Source: Psilocybe cubensis
Lineage: Eukaryota
Length of the DNA: 64,000 bases
Direction: 5' to 3'
Assembly: GCA_017499595.2 (NCBI GenBank)
Contig: CM039004.1
Coordinates: forward strand, 248,001 to 312,000
Position 1 is the first letter of the stretch. Each line of letters begins with the position of its first letter. The position numbers and the translations under genes are program-made. The notes beneath the pieces are model-generated. The model had not been told where the DNA came from, did no database searches, and saw only the letters and a list, made by a program, of their open reading frames with translations. This document shows positions 1 through 14,184 of this stretch, piece after piece.

Positions 1-202
1 AGGGAATTCAAATTTCATCTGAACTGGTGTCCTCATTAGTGTCCCCATGGATGAGGCGTGATGGGATGGACGACTAAAGCAGCCTTAATGCAAAAGAGTG
101 CGTGGAAGATGGATTAGCCTCAGGTTCCCCTATAAAGTGGAAGTTTAATCTCCCCTCTGTAATGCAGAAAGTCAAGGATATTATACAGTCATTCTCTCTT
201 AA

Positions 203-1271
203 CTACACCTTCCCAAACCCACCGCTCTCCAAGAATGCCCGCACGCTTCCAACAATGCGATCCAGGCCCTCAAGCCACCGTGCCAGTTCAACATCAAGCT
301 CATCAAACGGCTCTCCTTGCGCAATAGACGTGTAGAAGGCATGTCGATGGGGTGTCGCTCGGATCGCAACCTGATAGACAATTAAGTTCCGAGGCGTAGT
401 ACCTTGGCGCACTGTGACTCACCCCGACTACACCCCTAATCACAAAGTTGTGGTGGTGTCGCAGCACCTCGTCATATGCTCGCCGGAAGCAGACGTGAAG
501 TTCGCAAGAGGTATCGCGCTGCATGTGCTGCAGGGCGCGACAGGTGAACAAGAGACCTCTACGATGGGAGTTTCAGTAGGCAACGAATTGAATCTGGGAT
601 TGCAGAAACTTGTATCCCAACGAACCGTCAGAGAAAACATTCTCACCTTATTAATCGCACTAGGCACGGCGTGGCGTGTCGGTGTGGCTCATTCTTCTCC
701 GATTGAACGAGTTCCTCGAGGGTGCGGGATGCGTCTTTATGGGAGTCGTACCGAGCGCGTACGCCCTGTAATTATGTTAGACGTCAATAAATGACACATA
801 ATATCAATAGGATGGGAAGCGGTCAAGGTAAGTCGAGCCAGTAGACATACATTGATGTTCCCCCTAATATCGGCCTGTACGAATCCAAAAACACCGGATC
901 CTAGAAGGTCTGTTGATCATTTGGTCAGTGAACGCTTGCTTCATAAGGTGTAAACCGCAAAGGAGAATAGAAATTTTATAAGGATTGGACGACGACGGTT
1001 AAGAAATGCATCGAAGAAATGGATTGAAAAGTCGCACCAAATAACTGAACCAGCCCATCTGACGCTGCCAGAAATGCCTCTGTCTCCACACCTCCTTGAC
1101 CGTCTTCGCCAGTAAATGGAACATCAGCAAATGACTTTGAAAGGGAAAAATGGTGGGGTGGCGTTGATGAATTGATCCATGGATTAAAAGCACACATTGT
1201 AAGTCAGAAAAATCAGACGGAAATTGACCAATTGGCATACGCACCTTTACGGTCTGAAAGTAAGGAGCCAT
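203..1271 (-). CDS. Glycolipid transfer protein (GLTP / HET-C2 family), multi-exon
   Basis: Spliced segments MAPYFQTVK / SFADVPFTGEDGQGGVETEAFLAASDGLVQLF / DLLGSGVFGFVQADIRGNI / ...RRAYDEVLRHHHNFVIR... / VAIRATPHRHAFYTSIAQGEPFDELDVELARWLEGLDRIV...GGFGKV* resemble the fungal GLTP pattern; GT-AG introns between them; TAG at 203-205. Confidence 0.85.
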
Positions 1272-1719
1272 GGAGTCGATATGGGTCTGGAGTCAGAGGA
1301 GGCTCAAATATGGCTACGGTATGGATGGGTCCGACACGTTCATGCCATGAGTTCGTATGTTTAAAAATGGTTCCATCATGATCGTGCATGTCGACCGAAC
1401 ATCAGATTTTCGACTACGTAAGCATCAATGCATGACGTTTGTTTGGTTGGTTGGTTGGTTTGCGAGATTACTAAGACAGCCACCCGGTGTGTAGCAGGGG
1501 TAAGGACCCGACCCTCACCCTGTCCTACACAAGCCCTTGAGCTAATTTGCGTTATTAAAAGTAGGTTAAATCTTTTATTTTTTCTTTCCTAAAATTAACA
1601 GGGAAAAAAACATGAGAAAAAAAAGGTGGGTATTCAGGACGTTTGTAATCCAAATTAAATTATGTAGAATAGAAGCAATAGTAGTAAAGAAAAAAATGTC
1701 CTGGTCCATTCATACAATT

Positions 1720-2926
1720 TTATTCATTCTGCAGAAGATCCGCCTCCATCTTGCTATATAGCGCGATATTGTCATCTACTTCTTGTATATTCTGGCTGAT
1801 GCGCAGTAATTCCTGCATGGCGCATCTCTTCCTTCTTTTTTCACTCTCAATCAACATTCGAACAAGATCGAGTTTGCTGTAACTGGAAAGATTCTGGGTA
1901 TCTGTTGAATTATGTTAGTAAATACCACGATGTAGAACTCGTTTGAAACTTACGTGTGTCTTGTTTGGGCTCTGGTTTCGGTTCAGGATTTGACGATGAT
2001 TGATCCATCGTGGTAGTAGGCTCAACATTTGCGGCCATATCGCTATGAAACGTTGAACTTGAAGGTGGTGAAGAATATACGGTACCTCCGGGAGCAGCGA
2101 CAAAACTGCAATTAGCAAATAGTAGATGATGTGCTTTGGAGAATATGGCAACTTTTTGAGAGGAAGACGGCCCACTCGCCAAGTCTTCACTGCTAATGTT
2201 ACCACTTTGCCTTGAGGTAAAGGCATCTTTTCTGCACCTCTCTTTGGAATAGGTTGTGGTGTCATTGGTAAGAGTTGCGCCGTGAGGCATAATAGAAATG
2301 ATGCAGATATCCAAATTATGGCCTGACACTCTAGGCGAAGTATACGATTGTACTGCGAAATAAAACATTAGCAAACCATATGAATAACCGAAAGGGAGAA
2401 AGTTTACCGATGTTAAACTCTCCCTTTGCGAAATATCTTCAACGATCACGTCCATGGTTGTGTAATTAGAATAATAATAGTAGCTGGGATTTTTCATTGC
2501 CTCGTGAACCCCCAATTTTATCGTCATCAGCAGTGCTTCGGATTTGGTGCGTATCGAGCGCAGACTATTCAACGAGCGATATATGTCCCCGAAGAAACCT
2601 GTCACTACGTCTGTTGAAGAGTGTGGCGAATGAATGCTCCAAGATTCCAATGGTGTTGCGTATCGCAATGGGAACGAGTACATCGGGGTTGCTTCCGGAG
2701 GTAGGTCGCCCATGTGCGCCTCCGAATTTCCGCCTAGCCATCCTTCAACATCCAGCCAGCGGTCAAACTTAAAAACAGCGTCGAAAAGATCGATTTCTTC
2801 GAGCAAGAGCTCTGGAGGGTGGATACCGAACGTGAGGTTGTTCGAGATTGATGGGGATTTTGGATAGAACGACCATTCTATCGCCCCCTCATCGAGGTTG
2901 GCATCCGTGTCTTCCTCGGAAAGCAT
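1720..2926 (-). CDS. Hypothetical protein, paralog of the gene at 38543-39739
   Basis: 338-aa ORF 1910-2926 plus a last exon (about 1903-1720) reading TQNLSSYSKLDLVRMLIESEKRRKRCAMQELLRISQNIQEVDDNIALYSKMEADLLQNE*. It shares this helical C-terminus and the NCSFVAAPGGT motif with the 39-kb gene. Internal introns not resolved. Confidence 0.6.
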
Positions 2927-5048
2927 GTTGATCGGTTGGGTGGAGGATGGCTAAGGCTCTCAGCTTAAAAGGGCTTTTATAGCGCTCCGCACTGGATGGT
3001 TATTTATTATTAGAATGCTGACAGGGTTGTAGGCGCCCGGCACAGCCCATCTGAATACATTTACAGCACTGCCATTCATCCGTGGTATGGATTGAATGTG
3101 TATATACGGCATGAAGAAAGCTGTACTATGTATTAAACTACGCAAAGCCGAAATAATCGTGGCCTTGGATTCAGAAAGAATCTTAGCCTAACACTCGTGT
3201 CTCGTTTGACACAGCATAACCATAGAATGGATGTACCAGCTCGGACTGGTGCCTATCTCACGTCGCACATATTGAGGACTAAATAAAGAGACGGACTCTG
3301 GAGGTTCAAACTTACACCAAACTAATTATACCTCCCACCAGTTTTCTCATGGAAGAGCTCGTTATAAGTATTGAATATCGAGAATATGGGGATAATAATT
3401 TCGAGTTTGAATTCTTGGGAATATTATCGTACGCTAATTATGCGGACGTCGGCTATAGCACTGGCACCTGTGTTATGGTGGCGCATACTTGCATAGCCTA
3501 TCTGACTGGACAACCCTTTGCTCGCTCACTGGGCCATACTAATAGTACCCTGGTTAGGCATCTTGTTTCTCTTTATAGCGGTCCAACAGCCGAAAGCCAA
3601 CTTGAAGTGATTCATATTGTGGGGGCCACTTGCCACGTTGTTCACCCCACAGAAAAACAATACACCATTGGAAGCATCCGGGGTACACTGTCTAAGAATC
3701 TGGAGTTTGATGCTCAGACGATGTTTTTTTTGCTCGTAAGGCTTGACTGCAATTCATTGCAAAGATATTGACTAGTGAAAAGACAGCAATATCGATATTT
3801 TACTTGTTCCAGGCTGTCCACAAGTGATGTGAATAAATGAGTGTACCTTATATTGATGATATCTGACTAATTCACACAATTATCATAGATTCATCCAGAT
3901 TCGTCCAGAGCAAATCAACAATTAAGAACTACGGCTACATCCGACTGACAACCAAACGAGCTCGAACATATCGCTGGGTCGTCCTACCATAAACGGACCA
4001 GAACGAGCTATGGTGAACTGGCCACTGCTATGGTACCGACTAGCGAGTCAAGTTCAAATCATTTTGATTACCAAGCCCCCAAACATCTGCGACGCGAAAG
4101 CCCATCGAATGGCTTGAAGGTCGGAGGATCAAACACACCGACTGTACCCGTACAAATTTCCTAAATAGGAAGCGGTAGCGAATGAATCAGTATGTTGGAT
4201 GAGCCTGCTGAAAGTTGTTGAACCTCCAGTTAGCGCCGATAAAACCAGGACGCTCGAGCCGCGATTTAACAGAAATATGTGTTTTTCCCAGCCTTAAATA
4301 TCTCCACTTCCAAGATGTGCCTCTATCCCCGAATCCGCATCAAACTGAGAGAGTCATTTAATAGGGGTCCAACTCGGCCAACAACTCCATTGTTAATAAA
4401 TACCTCCGCTACAATCTAAGTGTCAAAAGGAGAAGGAAATGAAAGTGTGATAGAAGTTTCCATTGTCTTAGAAGTTTTCCATTGTCTTGCATCTTGTATA
4501 AGTTGAAGTCCAATTCGAAGGCCAGGAAACTTCATTTAAAAATAGCGCATTCGCTGGTATCTGTGATCAGCGTGGGCGAAGGCGCGTGGCCTCAACCACG
4601 CGAGCTCGGCAAAAGCAGAGGATTTTCAACCGGAGATCAAACTTTACACCACATTTTCATGTCGACGTGTTGATGATGACATACAACGGCTTGGCGCCGC
4701 GATCGCGTGTTTCCAGGCTGCTTGGAATTTTTTCACGTCAATGCGAACCAGTTTGGATCTGCAAAGAAATTTGGAAAGGAATCCGAAGTCCAACAAAAGT
4801 CCTTCTACAAGGATTTTGAATGTATGACATTGACGGAGCGTGACGGAACCGGACTGCGTTTCCAAAGTCGCGGTCCAATGGGGAGCGGCCGCCCTGGTTT
4901 GCCAGCATATTTTTTCCCACTGTCATGCTAAACAGGGTCTGAGGGGCGGAAAGCAACCAAATCTGAGCCTCGGTGTGAAATAAGAAGTAACGCCAGTTCA
5001 TTCCCTGTTTGTCTCCCCTCCTCCACCCCCTTTTCAAACAATCGAGCG

Positions 5049-8000
5049 ATGCCCGCCGAACCCACCAAAGCGAAGCTGAAACGGCGCACTAGCAGGAAGG
5101 ACTTGGAAGAATATCGGTTTGATGGGAGTCATGGGAGGGAGCTCGAAATGAAGCGGAATAGAGGTGCGTCATGATCCAGCTATCCCTGAGACATTTTGTC
5201 GCTGACGTTTTCATTCATTTTGACCTTCGATTTCGGCATGTGCAGGCGAGGTGTGTCAAGCTCACCCTTTCATTCAATGCTTTGTAGCTTCTAATAGAAT
5301 CTGTCAAAAACAACAGGTTAGCTGCGCCGAATGTCGAAGGTATGCGATGATCGCACCCTTTTGAAAACGTCGGAGGAACTGATAACGAGGTATACGCACA
5401 GGTTGAAGATAAAATGCGACAAGCAAATACCATGTCAGTCATGTCAGGTATGCGATTTACGAAACTTGGGATTACGGACTTTGTGCTTGATATCAGCGAT
5501 GCTCAAATCGTGCTTCTAGCGGAGGGGATGTGCGGCGTTGTGTCCGAACGGTGTGTGACGTTGATTTCTCGCCCTTTCTCTATGTCGAGATGCTAACCTT
5601 CATCTAGGGAGCCTCGCAACTGGACAAGGGACCAGGTCTGCACCTACACATTCTCACCACCATTTCTTTGAGATTTTATTCAACTGAGATGCGTAGATTC
5701 GTGTTGGCTGCCACCGAACACCTCCATCGACGAATCTCGGCGCTGAGCGGGCGGATCCGACAACTTGAAGATGCACTGCTGGCTATCCACTCAAAGTACT
5801 CATCGGAGCCACATCCGTTGCTACATGAAGACCTGATCCACGCTGATGAGCGGGAAGGCGAGTATGAGGGCGCGGCTGAAGATGGACAGGGTCAGGTACA
5901 GCAACCAGCTGAAGTCCTGGATGCGTTTGGGACCCTGTCGATCTCGGAACATGGGATATCGAGGTTTTTTGGTCCTACAGGTGGCTCAGAGGTGCGTCGT
6001 TTTTATACGTTCTCACTCTCTGTGTGCCGGTTACTTATCGTCCCGAATGGAAATGGGATTCGCAGAGTCTGCTCTTGGTACGTCGTCCTCGTCAGCCCAT
6101 CCTCGCCTTTAATCCCTTTTTGAACTTTCTCTCCCATCCCATCCCACCATCATGTCACATCAAATAGGCTAATATCGACTCAAATCATGCATCACCCGAA
6201 AGTATCCCTACCCCTGACTCTGGCCAGGGTTCTCGGAGCCCAATGTCCATCGGCGACCTATCGTTGTTTTCACAATCGTTCCCATTCACACCAATGGGTC
6301 AGCCAGCAGACGTCCAGGCGCTCATCGAGACGCATCTACCTTCCTACGAGCGCACCCTTGCCCTATGTGAGACTTATTTTGAGCAAGTGTCATGGATCTT
6401 CCGAGGCGTCACACGGGTGCAGTTGATCGAAGATATGTTGCCGGTCATATACAAACGTCAAAGTGCGCCTCCTGGTGAGGATTACAGTGGACCGCATGAT
6501 CTGGCTTTGGTATTTTTGATCCTTGCCATCGGCGCTTTGGTTGGGAATGAGCCCTCCAATGCGCTCGGAGAGCACTTCCACCAGGTCGCCAGGGCGGCAA
6601 TGTCCCTACAACCTGTTCTGGAAAAACCATCCATCGTCACCATTCAAGCCCTCCACCTCATGAGTATTTACAATGCCATGAGTGGTAGTGATTTGAAGAG
6701 CGAAACGAGCATGGAGATGACCTGGTCTTTGATTACTCTTGCTGCCCATTTATCGCAAACGGTATGTTGACGTTTATTTCGATGCTCTGATCCATTCACT
6801 TACTTTGTTCTTCACATCGTCTTAGATCGGTCTTCGTAAGTCGCGTTATTGATCATTGTCATCGTTTTTATCGCCCATTCTGATACGCAATTTTAGACCG
6901 AGACAGCGCGCGGTGGGGCCTATCGCCGAAGATGGTTCAACGACGACGCATACTTTTTTGGGACCTTTTCGTCGCTGACGTTTGGCAGGCAAGTTGACGA
7001 TCTCTAAAGCTCACCTCCATATTTATCTCACTCATTATCAAAGAGTCTTAACACCGGGCGCCCGCCGTCATTTTCACTCGCGTATATCGATTGCAGCTAT
7101 CCTCAGTACGGTGCAAACGACGGATTCGGCTCGTCATGTATGTCAATTTCCTCACATGTTAGATAAAGGTCTAACCACCTAATTCATACAAAGTCGAGGT
7201 ATGGCAATGCCGTTTTGCAGCTGAATGCGTGGCAGATGTCACTGCGAGAACATTGACTGCTGAAGCTCCCTCGTATGCCACCATCATGGAGCTCGACCGG
7301 AAAGTGCGGGATTTCCCTTTGCCAGATGGTATTTCCGCATCTTCAGATGACCTTGCGGAATCTTTCCAACGCTGCGTGCTGGACCACATTCGAGAAACAG
7401 GTGCGTTTCAAGCCCACTACTTACAGATAACGAATTATTAATTTTTCCACTGCTCACAATAGTCTTGATGTATATTCACCGGAGTTTCTTTGCTCAGGCC
7501 ATTATCGAGCATCCAGTCAACCCACTAAAGAGCGTATACGCGCCTTCTTTCTTGGCTGCGTACCGTGCGTCATCAACCATACTGAAATCCATCCGGGAAC
7601 AATTCAATATCTGGCCGAACTCATGTTCTCGATTATGGACGATGTGGACATTTGCATTTTCCGCTGCTGTGAGTATTCCTTCTAAAGCATCGGTCGGTGT
7701 ATTAACATCTGTAAAGGTGGTTTTTGGGACTGTTGTTACTCGTGGGCCGCGGTCGCCGCTTGCTCAATCAGCCATGGCGGAACTTGAACAAGCGTGTATA
7801 TTATTCTCAAAGGCTTCTACCTATTCCATTCGGGCGGCCAAAGCTCTGGTATATCTGATAATTTGTTCATACATATATCACACTTACATCATCAAACACA
7901 GCCAATTCTAATCAAGCTGAGCGAAAAGGCTCGCTATGCTCTCTCCAATGCACAGAGCGAACCTGCACAGCTGTCTGGCGATAATGGAGGGGCCATGTGG

Positions 8001-9005
8001 ACGATAAAGCAGGAGGATAACGATGACGAGCTTTCCATTTTCGCAGGACACACCCGATTTGTCTCCAGACATGGTGACGCCTCCCAATTCAGCAATATTT
8101 CACCCCCTCCACATAATCCCCATTACGAACCTAGCCCACCTTTGCGCCCACTCAACCCCCCGTCTGAGATACAAACCATCGATGTTTCATCCTCTAGACC
8201 GCGCGTCGGAGTTTCTGCTGTTCGATATGAACCGCCAGCGACGATATCTCTTTCGGATTCTAATCCATCGACGAGCAATATGGGTTGGAACCAGTCGATG
8301 CCCCTTCAGCCTGTAGACGAGTACATGGTGACTCCCTCGGAAGCCATACAATATCATTACCATCCCGCTGAAAGCTCTCAGCGATCATCTTCCACCAGCG
8401 TCCCTTCGAACGCCACATACAATTGGCAACCGGAGTCTAGGCATGAACCAAGCGCCCAACCAGTCATGCAAGTTCCATCGTCATATCAACCTGTTCAGAG
8501 GCAGCGTCCACCGCAGCAACCAGCAGCACGCTCACTACAACCCCATCACCAGCACTATAATGTTCAAGCCGCTCATGCCGGTGGTAGTTCTGCAGACGAC
8601 ATTCACCCACCACCACCACACCCACACCCGCACCCACATCCTCATCCACACCCACATTACGCTTCACACTACCCACCTCAACAACAGCAGCAGCAACATC
8701 GCTCCGTTTCCCAGCAAAATATTTCCCATCAACATTCTCATCCGTCGTCGCAGCAACCGCAACCGCAACACCATCCCGCCGCACAACAACAACCGCAACA
8801 CCACCCTGCTGCACAACAGCAACCACAGCCCGCGCAATATAATTTGTATACGAATGGGGGTGGTGGTCAGGGCGGCTATCACGGTGCTCCTCCGAATATG
8901 GACCTTGCAGATCTTGGTCTGGCGTCGCGCGATTCGAGGCTGGATGAACGATGGGGCACGTTCATGGCCGACTCTGGACTCCTTGACGAATTTAGGCGTC
9001 GTTGA
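5049..9005 (+). CDS. Zn(II)2Cys6 transcription factor with fungal-specific TF domain and Q/H/P-rich C-terminus
   Basis: Splicing small exons gives GEVSCAECRRLKIKCDKQIPCQSCQRRGCAALCPNGSLATGQGTRFVLAATEHLH (six-Cys cluster). Downstream Fungal_trans-type motifs: IGLHRD...RRRILFW, GRPPSF, IHRSFFAQA. Includes 5-nt and 10-nt micro-exons; stop at 9005. Confidence 0.92.
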
Positions 9006-9483
9006 ACACACACGGACTTCGCAATTTTCTTCACTATTTCTATTTTCCTTGTGCATCGCGGACTTTCGGGATCTGGGATCGGATTTACTATGAACTTTAA
9101 TATCGACCGTTTTGTCGACTCCCAACAAGCACAGCCCTTCGTTATTTGTGTTCTCATATGTTTCTTTCTATTTTATACTAATGTGTATACTTTGTCGTCT
9201 CGTCTGTTTTTAATATGTACGATGTGGTTTGAGTGCTGGCTGTTGTTTTTATTTCTTAGCTGTCAATCGAATATTATCAGTATCTATTTGGACTCTCCTC
9301 TTCAAGTTTTCCATCAGGCTAAACCTTACTCTGAAAAATTTTCAAGGCGACTATGCGCTTGTAACACCATTCTCCAGGAATTAATAAAGTCCTACAGTAG
9401 GGCTAAATGAAATAATTAAGACAGAATTACTGGTAATAAGTAGCAGTCGATGCCCAGCAAATCAAACTAAACCATCCAGTAGC

Positions 9484-10230
9484 TCAATTACAATCCTCAA
9501 CCACTCTAATTCCCGCAGCAAGCGCCCCTATAACTGCCGATTCGGCGCTGGCAATAGCAGCCGCCTCTGCGTTCGATGTTCTAAAGACGATGAATATCGT
9601 GGGTGAGCACGCACACCACAAAAAGTAACAGCAGAAAATGAATCGACATACGCATTACCGAAAGCCACTACAAGCGCTGCAGCAGCCGAATTGAGACCGT
9701 CCCCGACCTGCTGGCGTGCGTCTGCAGGGGGCGCTTGTCCGCTAACCAGAGCCTGCAAAATTGTCGCTACGCCCGCATCTGCGCTCTGGATCCCGCTCGC
9801 GGCGGTTTGCAGCTGGGAAATAACCGCCGTGTCGTTGCTTATAACATAGTTGTCAAAGAACCTTACTTAATTTGCGTTGCTTTTGTGTGAGGGTTGAGGG
9901 ACTCACGAGTTCGTCGCATTAATGGCTTTCTGAATCAGATCAGCGGATTTCTGCAATCCGACGACTGTTTCGAGCCGGTCGATGTTGCATGTTGCATTGG
10001 AGCTTTGAGAACTTTGTACGCCTGTTCCTATAACATTATACACATATAACACGGCCCATTTTAGTGCAGTCATTCGACATACCAACTGGTGCTATCATTG
10101 CAGGGAAAAATTAGTGAGTTTCTTGAACTTAACAAAGGTCAATGTAGAGCCTACCAGCATCGGTGTTGTATGCTCGGAAGAGCAATGCCAGGGTGATAGC
10201 AAGGAAATAGGCAAATTCAAATCGGGCCAT
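9484..10230 (-). CDS. Small secreted Ala-rich protein with two Cys
   Basis: Signal-peptide-like MARFEFAYFLAITLALLFRAYNTDA, then exons NATCNIDRLETVVGLQKS..., TAASGIQSADAGVATILQALVSGQAPPADARQQVGDGL..., TSNAEAAAIASAESAVIGALAAGIRVVEDCN*; GT-AG introns. Confidence 0.7.
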
Positions 10231-10679
10231 TGGTAAAAAAATTCAAGATACTAGCAAATGAAAGATGAATTGACACCAGGTCAGTAGAGACAATGAAGAG
10301 TAAAGATCGAAGTGAAGAACTAAAGCTCACCTTTCGTCGAGTTATATAGTTCTGACACCCATTGCTCCATCGGCTTAATCAGTATAGTGTAACAGGATTA
10401 CAACTCGATGACAGAATACCAACGACGACGCGAAGTAGATTCTTAGTGTTGCATTGGTGGGAAATCCGAACTATGCCTGCAGCCGCCCACAGCCGTCACA
10501 GTACATCCTGCGGAATCACGACAGGCTGCGGGCAAAGGATTAGGATAGGCTTGGACATAACTCGCTGCCACTGCGCTCACCAGCCACGTTCTTTTTTGAA
10601 AACCAAAGACATGATCTACGCCAGCGGCCTGGCTTACTCGGTAAAGTATGACGCATGACACGGACATCTCCATCTTTGT

Positions 10680-11134
10680 CAGGACCCGGGAAGCTCCCCT
10701 AGAGGTCTGTCCGCTTTTTTGCCCGATTTTGACCCTCAAATCCGCATTGTTTTGGGCCTCAAATCCGCAAAAGCGGACAATGATATTTAGACCTTCCTAA
10801 TTGGGAAATTTTTTCTCCCTGCGGGGCATGAAAATTGATTACGGCCTCGGATAATGCCGGAGTCACGCTTTTAAATGTTTTACTGGCAAAATGCCATTGT
10901 TGGTGCCTAATTCGACCCAAAAAAGCTCTTTTCGGGTATGGTTTCCCATGGACGACGTGATGGAACTTTTTTGAAAAAATCTTGTCTAATTGGCCCTAAA
11001 ATCCGCAAAAAGCGGACAATGCTTGGGTCAAAATAGCCTCAAATCCGCCAAAAGTAGGACAATGATTTGGCCAAATTTTGGCCCTCAAATCCGCAAAAAG
11101 CGGACAGACCTCTAGGGGAGCTTCCCGGGTCCTG
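10680..11134. mobile_element. MITE-like non-autonomous element (455 bp)
   Basis: About 40-bp terminal inverted repeats CAGGACCCGGGAAGCTCCCCTAGAGGTCTGTCCGCTTTTT / AAAAAGCGGACAGACCTCTAGGGGAGCTTCCCGGGTCCTG; internal repeats of CCTCAAATCCGC(AAAAGCGGACA); no ORF; no TSD recognised. Confidence 0.85.
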
Positions 11135-12280
11135 TTATGGATATTATAGAGCCAGCTGGTAACTGTCCCCTTGGAAACTTAGACGCTGAGCGGTACAAAG
11201 TCACGCAGCACCTCCCGATTCCCAAATGTCGGTCTTTAGAGCGTTGTAAGACTCAATGCTTGAAAGTATTTTGGCGAACTTACTAAGAAGTAGAGTCAAC
11301 TGTAAATGAATGTAGCATCTGGGACCACAACGGCTTGGCTGAATTCTGTGGCTGACTAGCAATTTCCTATTATGACAGCTTGCTGTGTGCAAGCTGTGCG
11401 GAAGTATCAAGGTAGAGACATTTCAGTAAAGTCCGAGGTGGATTTAACATCCGAAGATATCAAGATCAATCGCGAAATAAATTTGGAACTTGCATTTAAC
11501 GCATGCGCATGGTCCGTGCGGTTCAGCTTTCGGCAGAAGTGGAAGTTCCCACGTGGAGCGTCGTTGGCGGTTTGAACTTTGAACTTTTGAAGGGCCAAGG
11601 CCTGCCGAATGAACAACTTCTAGCGCTAACACATCAATTGGAACTTTGGGAGCTGGTCGATGTCAATTGGTATTACTATTAGGTCAATGCAAAGCTGGAA
11701 CTAACCACATATACCACTCAAATTTGAGCCTGATTCAAGCCTCATCCGACACTAGCAGGTTACCAGTCTAACAGCTACATTCGACTGCGTGCATCGCTTT
11801 GAACTACTGCTTTTGCTTTTAGGGTTCCGTTTTCACAATATCCTTCCCTTTCGTAGTGTAAACACTTAAAAATCGAACACTACGAGGACCATTTGGGATG
11901 CAAACAGGAAGTACGTAACAAATTCAGGCATTTTTGAAAATTAACGTCGATGATTGAAGGACAGAATGCTTCTCAGAAGTTAGAACAGCTAAAGGCGACA
12001 CAAGTAAGGACTATTCCACGTTGTTCTTTCTGATGACTTTTAAACGACCTTTAGGACACCGGTTAATGAGAGACTAACCCATTTCTATTTGCTTTTACCG
12101 TTCTTCTGCCAGGCAATTCCCTAGTTCAGGTACATTGTGCGGATATAAACACGATTAGCGCGTCGAATATCGGGAACGCTTAACAGATAAAGTCTTTAAA
12201 AGCAAACCAGCTAATCCAACAATGTAAAGGGACAGTTGCTCTCCGACTCGACACCGGCACAGCAGCCTCGTTGATCAACC

Positions 12281-13817
12281 ATGCGTTTCCTCCGAGTAGT
12301 CACCTCCATTTGCATCATCATCGTCTCCTGCCTCAAATACACAGCAGGATCCCCTACTGGACCCACAGAGCTGCTCCCGCGGCAGAACGCAGCGATTACA
12401 CCCCTCACAAAAGCGCAGATCGCCGAGTTCAAGCCGTTCACCTACTTCGCGGCCGCGGGATACTGCACGCCTGCGCAGACGGCGAAATGGAATTGCGGAG
12501 GTGCGTATATGCGTGTCTATCTTCCCTTCCGCAGACGTCTTATGGTTCTGACCTGTTCCGACGCGGATGTCGATAATTATTCGTGTAGCGACGTGTAAGG
12601 CTAATAAGGATTTTATCCCGATTGCGTCTGATGGAGATGGCTCGACGGTGCAGTACTGTGAGCATCTCTTTCCTTATTACTCAGACAATTTTCCATTATT
12701 GATGAGGGTGTGTGTTAATGTTAGGGTACGTCGGATACTCTCCGTCACTCGAGAGTGTTATAGTTGGCCACCAGGGCACCAACATCTCGGATACGTATGT
12801 GTTACTCTCAAAATTTCACCATTATACTAGAACACCTAATGATCTGGGGACTTCCCATTCTACAGCAATGCAGCACTTACGGATACGCAGATCTCTATGA
12901 CAAAGCTCGACCCGACATTGTTCCCCGGCGTCAACCCGGCCATTGAAGTGCACAGTGGATTCGCTACTGTACAAGCCAAGTCAGTCCGCATTTGTATTCG
13001 TGGTGATATCACAGCCATGCTAATGCGCTAGGCGGCTACTCTGCTAAACAGAACGGCAACGACGATCTTGAAATGGGTCAAGAAAGGCATCTCAGCGCAC
13101 TCTGCTAAGAAAGTCACAATAGTGGGACACTCGCTCGGTAAAGAATCCTCATGACATGGATTTTTATCGTCTCTGATATAGGAAAATGCATACCAGGTGG
13201 TGCGCTTGCGCTTCTTGATGGTGTTTACCTGCCTCTTCATATCACAGGCGTTACATTCCGTGTGATCGGATACGGAATGCCCCGTGTACGTATTCCAGTT
13301 AACTTGTAATTAAACTGTGCACTGCTAAACCCTGGGTTTGTTTCATTTTATAGGTTGGAAATCAGAATTTTGCGAAATACGTTGATAACCATATCAAAGG
13401 AAAGCAGCTCACCCGTATTAATAATAGGTTAGGATCAATTTGGTGTTCTTTCCAAACATGTTTTTGATTAGACTCTACCTCTCAGAGAGGACCCTGTTCC
13501 AACAGTTCCAGGTCCGATAGAGCTTCCCTTATCGTATTAAGTCTCTAACCACTACCACCCGTTGATGTTACATAGGAATCTATCTAGGCTACCACCACCC
13601 ATCAGGTGAAGTGCACATTACAGATGACAAAAAGTGGCTCGCATGTCCAGGTGAGCTATATGTTCAGTTGGACAAGTTGCTTAATTTTCTAATTATTGGT
13701 GATCTAGGCCAGGATAACCCGAGCACGCAATGCAGCACGGGTGATGTACCCAACGTTTTTGTTGGAAATGTGGCTGACCATCACGGTCCGTACGGTGGTG
13801 TGAGCATGGACTGTTAA
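12281..13817 (+). CDS. Secreted class 3 lipase (alpha/beta hydrolase, Lipase_3)
   Basis: Signal peptide; FKPFTYFAAAGYC, VGHQGT, EVHSGF, nucleophile motif VGHSLGGALA, YGMPRVGN, RINN-REDPVP, YHHPSGEVHI, DHHGPYGGVSMDC*; multiple GT-AG introns. Confidence 0.92.
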
Positions 13818-14184
13818 ACTCGAGAAGTATACCAGTAATACACGCAATACAATGTATCTTGTTCATAATAGGGCCCCTGTCATTATTCTCATCGTCTCTG
13901 CCGCTCTCCACGACCTGGAATGAGAAAGATGGTTTTCCGTTCATAGGAGTGGGTGTCCAAAACGAAAAATCACCAAAAAAAAAAACGGGGAGAAAAGGGA
14001 GAGACTCGTGATGCTTTATATTTGTTAAAATTTTGAAGAGAAATGACTTGAAAGTACTTGATAATACGTACAGATTGTCACAAACATAAACTTTGTGAAA
14101 TACCATGTGAAACGAGAGACATATTTTCAAACATTTCGCGCTGACGCGCGTCCGAGAAATGGTCTATGTAAAGATGTTCCTTTT

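Noticed and set aside
1437-1461. (GGTT)n tract as a telomeric repeat; also the short tandem duplication at 4453-4490
   Set aside because: Short ordinary microsatellite or slippage products, not TTAGGG arrays.
3349-4165. 140-aa ORF and possible downstream exons
   Set aside because: No recognisable motif and no consistent splice model; may be a degraded gene.
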